34,575 bases of DNA from Polyangiales bacterium (lineage in GTDB: Bacteria; Myxococcota_A; Polyangia; Polyangiales; Houyiibacteriaceae). Below the pieces are notes generated by a model. It ran no database searches. It was not told where the DNA came from and saw only the letters and a program-made list of their open reading frames with translations. The DNA is taken from contig JBGCFM010000122.1 in the NCBI GenBank assembly GCA_045106895.1, positions 1 through 34,575 on the forward strand, read 5' to 3'. Made by a program: the position numbers and the translations under genes. This document shows, piece by piece, positions 27,469 through 34,575 of this stretch. How positions within the stretch are numbered: the first letter of the stretch is position 1; every line of letters begins with the position of its first letter.

Positions 27469-28890
27469 CTACTGTGGATGGAGGTGCTGGGCGATGGCCG
27501 TCGCGATGTCGTCTGCGAGCCTGCGCGCTTGGCCCTGTCGGCCTCGGATACCGTTGCACAGCACGCTGAACGCGTAGACTTTGTCCGGCGAAGGTCCGAG
27601 CACGTAGCCGCTGAGTGCGATGGCGTCATTGAGAGTTCCCGTCTTGGCTCGAACGATCCGCGGGGCAGGAAGATTCCGAAGCCGGCGACGAAGCGTCCCA
27701 TCTGTTCCGCCGATGGCGAGATGAGCCAAGTACTCGGGTCGGTACGCCGGGGACGTGTACATGAAGCGGAGTAGGGAGCTCAGATGGCGCGCGGCGATGA
27801 GATTTCCATCGAAAAGCCCCGAGCCGTTCACGATGGTCGCTGCATCCGGCGCGACTCCCGCGCGCGTAAGAATCGCCTGGCTCGCTTGTGTTCCTCGGGC
27901 CGACGTCCCCGGCGTGGCGCGCTCCGCCCCCATGACTTTGAGGATCATCTCGGCGTAAAAGTTGTCCGAGAACTTGCCGACTCGGTGCAGGAGCGCCGAC
28001 AGAGGCTGTGATTCGTGCGAAGCGAGGAGAGGGATGCCCGTGGGCCCTGTGCCCGTCGCCACAGTCCGCCGCCCGCCCATGCCAGCGCGCTCCAGGGCTT
28101 CGGCGAAGATGAACCCCGCGTGAAAAAGCGGGTCGTCGACGCGGCGCCGGTAGCTGACTCCGAGGATGGCGCTCGGCACGCTGCCACGCAGCGTGAGCGC
28201 CATTCGTCCGTCCGTGCCTGCACGCTGCGAAGCGATCACGTTCGGCGCGCCGCCGTCGCTCGTGGTCATCTGTGAGTCGACCTGGAAGTAGTCGGCGCCG
28301 GCGAGCCGAACAATGGCGGGCTGGCCCACCGCGCGCGCTGGCATGACCCGCAGAATGAACGAGGCGCGGTTCACAGCGACTGCGCTCACAGCCGCGCGAA
28401 AGGCCGATGTCTCGTTCGGCTGTTGCTCGAAGGCGGGCGGCAAGAGCTGGTCGTCGAAGTAGCTGCCGTCCACCCAGACGCGGTCCACGGCTCGTACGCC
28501 TCGCGCCGCAAGCGCGTCAGCCAGCTCCGCGAGAGCGCCGAAGTCGAGGCTTGGGTCGCCACGTCCGCGAAGAACGAGATCTGCGACGCGACCATCCTCA
28601 ATGCGCCCATAGACACCCGTGCGCATGGTGAACGCAGGACCAAGTTCCACCAGCGACGCCGCCGCCGTCACCAGCTTCATATTGGAGGCAGGATTGAGCG
28701 GCAGATCTCCGCGCTGGGAGAACACCTCACGGCCCGATTCGACGTCCACCACGGAAATGCCGATGCGCTCGCCCAAGGCGGCGTCCACGACCAAGGTTCG
28801 AAGTTGCTCGCGAATATTCCCGCCCTGCGCCAAGGTGGGCGCCGGCGCGATGGAGAAGGCAACGATAAAGACGCAGAGAGCAAAGCGCAT
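27469..28890 (-). CDS. dacB: D-alanyl-D-alanine carboxypeptidase/endopeptidase (PBP4, peptidase S13)
   Basis: PASNMK (SxxK), GRGDPSL, SDNFYAE (SxN), NGSGL and AKTGTL (KTG). Signal peptide from ATG 28890. Confidence 0.95.
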   Translation of the reverse strand: MRFALCVFIVAFSIAPAPTLAQGGNIREQLRTLVVDAALGERIGISVVDVESGREVFSQRGDLPLNPASNMKLVTAAASLVELGPAFTMRTGVYGRIEDGRVADLVLRGRGDPSLDFGALAELADALAARGVRAVDRVWVDGSYFDDQLLPPAFEQQPNETSAFRAAVSAVAVNRASFILRVMPARAVGQPAIVRLAGADYFQVDSQMTTSDGGAPNVIASQRAGTDGRMALTLRGSVPSAILGVSYRRRVDDPLFHAGFIFAEALERAGMGGRRTVATGTGPTGIPLLASHESQPLSALLHRVGKFSDNFYAEMILKVMGAERATPGTSARGTQASQAILTRAGVAPDAATIVNGSGLFDGNLIAARHLSSLLRFMYTSPAYRPEYLAHLAIGGTDGTLRRRLRNLPAPRIVRAKTGTLNDAIALSGYVLGPSPDKVYAFSVLCNGIRGRQGQARRLADDIATAIAQHLHPQ

Positions 28891-30367
28891 GTTCGCCCGT
28901 ATAGCATTGGTGGCGGGCCTTTCGATTGCCGTCTTTTCGTGCACGCCCACACCACCTGAAACAGACGCGCTGCGCGTCGTCATTCCAAGGGAAGTGGAAT
29001 CACTGGATCCGCGTTTTATCCGTGACCCCTACGGTCTCAAGATCTCCCGGCTTATCTTTCGCTCGCTCTTCACCATCGACCCCCGAACCTTGGAGCTGGT
29101 GCCGGACCTCGCGGAATCACACCGCTTTCGCACCCCGTCGGTTCTCGAGGTGACGCTCAAAGCAGGGCAGCGCTTCAACGACGGCTCCCCCATTGAAGCG
29201 AGGGACGTCGTGGCGACTTTCATGGGCGTCAAAGATCCAGAAGTAGGTAGCGCCTACGCGGGTACTTTCGAGCGTTTTTCGTCCATTCGTGCCCTGGATG
29301 CGCGCCGCATCGAGCTCATCCTGGCGGCGCCCCACGCCACGGTCCTCTCGGACCTCGAGTTTCCGGTTCTGCGCGCCGAAGATGCGCGCCGAAACACGCC
29401 TGAGCGCGAGACCTTCACAGGCTCGGGCCCGTATTCGCTCGTGCGATGGACTTCTTCCCACGTCATTCTTGAGCGTTCACAGAGCGCGCCGGAGAACGCC
29501 CCAGAGCGCATCGACTTCGTCGTCGTTCGTGATGACAACGGGCGGGCTTTACGCATGGAAGCGGGCGGCGCCGACATCGCCCTCAACGGCGTCACGGCGC
29601 TCCTCCTGCCGCGTTTCGAGTCCGACGAAGCGTTTGAGGTGCGCAGTACCCCAGGGATTGGAACGAGCTACCTCGGCTTCAACCTGGAAGGAGCGACCCA
29701 TGACGTCCGCCTTCGCCGAGCGATCAGCCACGCCATCAACACCGAGCTGCTCATCGAGACGGAACTTGGCGGCCGCGCAGAGCTCGCCTCCTCCTGGATT
29801 CCGACGGGCCACTGGGCCGATGCCAGCGCCTCTCGCCCCGCGTACGACCCCGCCTTGTCCCGGGCCTTGGTCGCGGAGCTTGGCGCGGGGGGGCGGCGGC
29901 TCGTTCTTCGCACAAGTGCAGACCGCGCCCGAGTCAGTATCTGTCGAGCGATCGCCGCGATGCTTCGAGAGGTGGGGCTCGAGGTCGAGGTGCAGCCGAG
30001 CGAGAACGCGACGCTCATCGCCGACCTCAACGCTGGACGCTTTGACATGACCTTTCTCCAAGTGCCGGAAGTGTTTGAGCCGCACGTGCTCCATTGGTTC
30101 TTTGCCTCAGAGCGTGTCCCGGAGGGCGCTCAGGTCGGCGCAAACCGGTGGAGGATTCGTGACCACCGTCTGGACGAGGCTTTGGAGGCAGGCCGAAGCG
30201 TCATGGATCGCACCCAGAGGCGTGCCGCGTACGCCATCGTCCAGCAGCGTCTGGCCGACGAGCTACCCGTTCTCCCGCTGTGGCAGGAACACAACGTCGC
30301 CGTAGTCCGTGCTGGTACCGAGTTCGATGTCCCACGAGACGGACGCTTCCGTACTCTTTTTCGCTGA
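28889..30367 (+). CDS. ABC transporter substrate-binding lipoprotein, family 5 (peptide/nickel)
   Basis: Lipobox VFS-C, SLDPRF, LVPDLAES, FNDGSPIEARDV, GSGPY, DVRLRRAISHAIN and QQRLADELPVLPLW. Confidence 0.92.
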   Translation: MFARIALVAGLSIAVFSCTPTPPETDALRVVIPREVESLDPRFIRDPYGLKISRLIFRSLFTIDPRTLELVPDLAESHRFRTPSVLEVTLKAGQRFNDGSPIEARDVVATFMGVKDPEVGSAYAGTFERFSSIRALDARRIELILAAPHATVLSDLEFPVLRAEDARRNTPERETFTGSGPYSLVRWTSSHVILERSQSAPENAPERIDFVVVRDDNGRALRMEAGGADIALNGVTALLLPRFESDEAFEVRSTPGIGTSYLGFNLEGATHDVRLRRAISHAINTELLIETELGGRAELASSWIPTGHWADASASRPAYDPALSRALVAELGAGGRRLVLRTSADRARVSICRAIAAMLREVGLEVEVQPSENATLIADLNAGRFDMTFLQVPEVFEPHVLHWFFASERVPEGAQVGANRWRIRDHRLDEALEAGRSVMDRTQRRAAYAIVQQRLADELPVLPLWQEHNVAVVRAGTEFDVPRDGRFRTLFR

Positions 30368-30385
30368 TTTGGCCCTCGCTGACGC

Positions 30386-30413
30386 TTGACGCGACACAGG
30401 GGGTTCCTAGATG
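30386..30413 (+). promoter_or_regulatory. Possible sigma70-type promoter for sodB
   Basis: TTGACG-N16-TAGATG. The -10 is imperfect. Confidence 0.35.
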
Positions 30414-30500
30414 GTGCCAGTCGATCTATGGTCGCCCGGCCTCTCGGAACACACCTCTGAAATGTGTGTCCGCGAATCAACTCTCAAGGAGACACATTCA

Positions 30501-31079
30501 ATGAATTTCGAAGTTCCAGCGCTTCCCTTTGCCAAAGACGCCCTCGCTCCAGCCATGAGCGAGGAGACCTTCAACTTCCACTACGAGAAGCATCACAAGG
30601 GCTACATGAACAAGCTGAAGGCTGCCATCGAAGGCACGCCCGATGCCGACAAGACCCTCGAAGACTTCATCAAGGGAGCCAGCGGAGGAAACTTCAACAA
30701 CGCCGCTCAGGTTTGGAACCACAGTTTCTTCTGGAACTCGCTCAAGCCCGGCGGTGGCGGTGCACCTACCGGTGACCTCGCCGACGCCATCACGCGCGAC
30801 TTCGGTGATTTCGACAAGTTCAAGGCGGAGTGGAAAGCCAAAGCTTCCAGCCAGTTTGGCTCGGGTTGGGCTTGGCTCGTGCAAGACGCCGGCAAGCTCT
30901 CCATCGTGACCACCGGCAACGCCGAGACGCCACTGACGACAAGCGCCAAGCCCCTCATCACCATCGATGTGTGGGAACACGCGTACTACCTTGACCATCG
31001 CAACAACCGCGGCGGATTCATCGACGTCTACTTGGACAAACTGGTCAACTGGGACTTCGCGTCCTCCAACCTCGCCTGA
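30501..31079 (+). CDS. sodB: Superoxide dismutase, Fe-type
   Basis: HYEKHH, FNNAAQVWNH (Fe-type AAQ), QFGSGWAWL, NAETP and DVWEHAYY. AAGGAG SD at 30486-30491. Confidence 0.96.
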   Translation: MNFEVPALPFAKDALAPAMSEETFNFHYEKHHKGYMNKLKAAIEGTPDADKTLEDFIKGASGGNFNNAAQVWNHSFFWNSLKPGGGGAPTGDLADAITRDFGDFDKFKAEWKAKASSQFGSGWAWLVQDAGKLSIVTTGNAETPLTTSAKPLITIDVWEHAYYLDHRNNRGGFIDVYLDKLVNWDFASSNLA

Positions 31080-31097
31080 GTCGATCGTAGTGAGCTT

Positions 31098-31139
31098 GCA
31101 GCCGTTTCCCACCGCAAGGCTTCGGGAGGCGGCTGTTTT
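31098..31139 (+). terminator. Probable terminator after sodB
   Basis: GCAGCCGTTTCCC / GGGAGGCGGCTGT stem with G-U pairs and an inner CC-GCAA-GG, followed by a short T-run. Confidence 0.6.
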
Positions 31140-31189
31140 GCCATTGTCTCCAAGGTGGCGAGCCCCATCATGTGTTCCTAGGAGTCTGA

Positions 31190-32503
31190 ATGATCCTTCG
31201 TGATCCGGTGCACGGCCTCGTCGACTTTGAAGGTCCCGACGAAAAGACAGTGGAAGCGCTCCTCGCGACGCGTGAGGTGCAGCGCCTCAGGCGCGTGCGT
31301 CAGCTCGGCCTGACATCCCTCGTCTTTCCGGGTGCTGAGCACTCGCGCTTCTCCCACGCGCTTGGGGCCGCCCACGTGATGGTTCGACTTCAGAAGCGAA
31401 TTCGTGATGTGCAGTCTTCGCTACCGCCCGAGCTACGGCTCGATGACGAAGCGCGACGAGACGCCCTCGCGGCGGCGCTCCTCCACGACCTGGGACACGG
31501 TCCATTCTCGCATCTCTACGAACAAGTCATGCCCGGCGCGCGGCACCACGAGTCGTGGACCGTCGACGCCCTGCGCAGCGAGGACACCGAGATCCATACG
31601 GCCCTCGAGCGTCTCTCCTCGGGCATGGCGGAGCGCGTCAGCTCACTCCTTGAGGGCACACACCCCATTGGCTACCTGTGTCGCACCATCAGCGGTCGCT
31701 GGGATGTGGACCGCGCCGACTACTTGTTGCGCGATAGCCACATGACGGGTGTTCGCTACGGCCTCTACGACTTGGATTGGCTCCTTCGTGCCTTCAACTT
31801 CGCCGAGCTTCCGTCGAAGGAATGGGTTCTCGCCATCGAGGGGCGTAAGGGCCTGCCGCCCATCGAAGGGTTCTTTCTTGCCCGCCACTACATGTACCAG
31901 CAGGTCTACCACCACAAAGCAACGCGGGCGGCGGAGCAGCTCATCCGTGGTATTTTCCGGCGCCTCGCCGAGCTTGTACGGGATGGTCGTCCGCCCGAGC
32001 GCTGTCCGCGCGCGTTTTCGGCGGCTGTACGTGGAGACCAGGTGGAGCTTCAGGATTACCTGGAGCTCGATGACGCGGCGATGCTCAGTCACATCGGCGA
32101 GTGGGCCAAAGGAGGCGACACGCTTCTTGGGCGGCTTTGCTCGGACCTCCTCCATCGGCGCCTTCCCAAGACGCTCCCGCTGCCCGTCGACGACGAAGCG
32201 ATCTGGTCAAAGGTCCACGACTGCGCCGTGGGGATCGTCAAGGACGCCGGTGAGCGCCCAGACCTGATGGTGCACTTGGACGTTCCATCGGACGTTCCAT
32301 ACGCTGATGATGAGAACGACGCCGATGGGCTGCACGTGCAGATCCGCCATCGCGGCCTGCGCCGTTTGGGGGATGCATCGTTTCTCCTCCAGCAGCTGCG
32401 AGGAAAGCAGATCCGGCGCCCAAGGTTGATCTTCCCGGCTCACCTTCGAGTGCCAATTCGTGAGGCCGCGGGCGAGCTTATTGGTGCCGGTGGGGTAGAG
32501 TAG
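31190..32503 (+). CDS. HD-domain phosphohydrolase (YwfO/SAMHD1-like dNTP triphosphohydrolase family)
   Basis: RDPVHG, QRLRRVRQLG, HSRFSHALG, LLHDLGHGPFSH, DVDRADYLLRDS and MYQQVYHHK. AGGAG SD. Confidence 0.92.
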   Translation: MILRDPVHGLVDFEGPDEKTVEALLATREVQRLRRVRQLGLTSLVFPGAEHSRFSHALGAAHVMVRLQKRIRDVQSSLPPELRLDDEARRDALAAALLHDLGHGPFSHLYEQVMPGARHHESWTVDALRSEDTEIHTALERLSSGMAERVSSLLEGTHPIGYLCRTISGRWDVDRADYLLRDSHMTGVRYGLYDLDWLLRAFNFAELPSKEWVLAIEGRKGLPPIEGFFLARHYMYQQVYHHKATRAAEQLIRGIFRRLAELVRDGRPPERCPRAFSAAVRGDQVELQDYLELDDAAMLSHIGEWAKGGDTLLGRLCSDLLHRRLPKTLPLPVDDEAIWSKVHDCAVGIVKDAGERPDLMVHLDVPSDVPYADDENDADGLHVQIRHRGLRRLGDASFLLQQLRGKQIRRPRLIFPAHLRVPIREAAGELIGAGGVE

Positions 32504-32508
32504 GCACC

Positions 32509-33447
32509 ATGCGACACCTCTGTCTTTTGGCCGTCGGCCTCGCGCTGGTTGTCTCGGCTCCTGCTGCAGCGGACGACGCGCGGGTTTCCGTCCAGCTTCG
32601 TCCGGAGGCGGACCACGCGCCTTGGATCTATCGCCTCTCGGTGACGAGTCATGAGGACCAAGAGGTCGCGTACGACCGCCGTCTTCTGCGTTTGGAAGTG
32701 CACGTGGAGGGAGTTCGCCGTCCGCTCAAATGTGCTCACCCAGATGCCCCAAACCGCTCGCCACAGTCCGCAACGATGAGCCGCGGCGAGACCCACCACG
32801 AGTGGATCGACCTCCGAATGTACTGTTGGGGGCGCGGACTCCAAGCGCTTCAAAACGGGAACGCGCGTATCACCACACGCTTCGGCTTCAAACGCCGAGG
32901 CCGCAATCGCTTCGTGGCGAGGCGCGAAGGCGAACGCCGTCCCCTGAATGACATCGCTGGGCCGGAAGTGACGTGGACTCACTCGAACCCCGCCGGAACT
33001 CCTGGCCCGATCCGCCTTGGATTGGCGGACCAATCGACGCGTCGCAGCGTGCGCTTTCGTCCGACGCTCCGAGCGGGAGAAGGTCGTCCGCGCGTCTACC
33101 TGCGCGACGACCAGTACCGTTTCGAAGTCGAAGGACCGAACGGCCTTGTGACTTGCGAGCGGGCGCGACTTCCTATCGTTCCCATCCGAGACCGCTTTCG
33201 CCGCCTGAGTTCGCGGCGCATTCGCGCAAACCTGGACGCGGACTACTACTGCCCAGAGGACACCTTCGACGAGCCCGGCGTGTACACCGTCACGCCGGTC
33301 TTGAACCTGCCTCACAGCGGCGAATCACTCGGCGTTGAGGCCCTCACCGGCGTGTACGAAGGAAGCCCGGGCATCATTCGCGTGCGAACCCGCCGTTATG
33401 TTCCGCATGACCCGGATACCTTAAACTCCGGGGAGGCCACTCCATGA
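32509..33447 (+). CDS. Exported Arg-rich hypothetical protein
   Basis: Signal peptide MRHLCLLAVGLALVVSAPAAA-DD. Starts 5 nt after the HD gene stop and its stop overlaps the next start. Confidence 0.75.
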   Translation: MRHLCLLAVGLALVVSAPAAADDARVSVQLRPEADHAPWIYRLSVTSHEDQEVAYDRRLLRLEVHVEGVRRPLKCAHPDAPNRSPQSATMSRGETHHEWIDLRMYCWGRGLQALQNGNARITTRFGFKRRGRNRFVARREGERRPLNDIAGPEVTWTHSNPAGTPGPIRLGLADQSTRRSVRFRPTLRAGEGRPRVYLRDDQYRFEVEGPNGLVTCERARLPIVPIRDRFRRLSSRRIRANLDADYYCPEDTFDEPGVYTVTPVLNLPHSGESLGVEALTGVYEGSPGIIRVRTRRYVPHDPDTLNSGEATP

Positions 33448-33649
33448 AAACCCAACGCCTCGCACTACGCCTCGCGGCGTCCGCACTCGCGATCTCGATC
33501 GTTGCGCTGTCCATGGCCGCGTACTCGGTCTCGTTGAGCCAGGACTATCTCGAAGATGTTCGAACACTCGGGCTGGCTCTTCAACGGAGAAACGCGGACA
33601 GTCCCGCGCCGGTTTTGCAGCGTCCCCCACCTACCTTGGAGACTGAGTA

Positions 33650-33650
<1 letters not shown>
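33444..33650 (+). CDS. Small single-TM protein
   Basis: 68 aa with an N-terminal TM. ATGA overlap upstream (with GGAGG SD) and TAATG overlap downstream. Confidence 0.7.

Positions 33651-34575
<925 letters not shown>

Noticed and set aside
28619..28983. Long mutually overlapping N-termini of dacB and the SBP in the ORF track
   Set aside because: The signal peptides begin at 28890 and 28889, so the extensions are not credible.

Overview
GC-rich, gene-dense chromosomal window, most likely from a myxobacterium (Myxococcota). This is inferred from a romR-valS pair, an anti-sigma factor with an AgmX/PglI-like tail and a CxxDxDC Cys-rich insert. About 25 CDS. Housekeeping genes: ogt (partial), valS, trmB, dacB, Fe-SOD and an HD phosphohydrolase. 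Also the polarity regulator RomR and a 13-TM MFS/spermidine-synthase-fold/TPR fusion. A minus-strand run of ECF sigma, FecR-type anti-sigma, polysaccharide deacetylase, zinc-ribbon STAND/TPR ATPase, octaheme cytochrome c and a His-bearing membrane protein follows, then a Gld-like ABC system, an alternative RpoD-family sigma and a truncated NtrC-family activator. I saw no tRNA, rRNA, CRISPR array or mobile element. The best leads are: (1) a shared GTAGG-N7-CCTAC-like motif in three consecutive intergenic regions of the minus-strand run; (2) the uncharacterised octaheme/membrane-protein pair; (3) a probably periplasmic SAM-fold enzyme fused to an MFS domain; (4) a sigma factor with a natural Q437H-equivalent behind a sigma54-type promoter; (5) a two-state sodB leader; (6) divergent genes sharing one CATG; (7) a likely chimeric junction at the 3' end. 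All calls are by eye; no searches were run.
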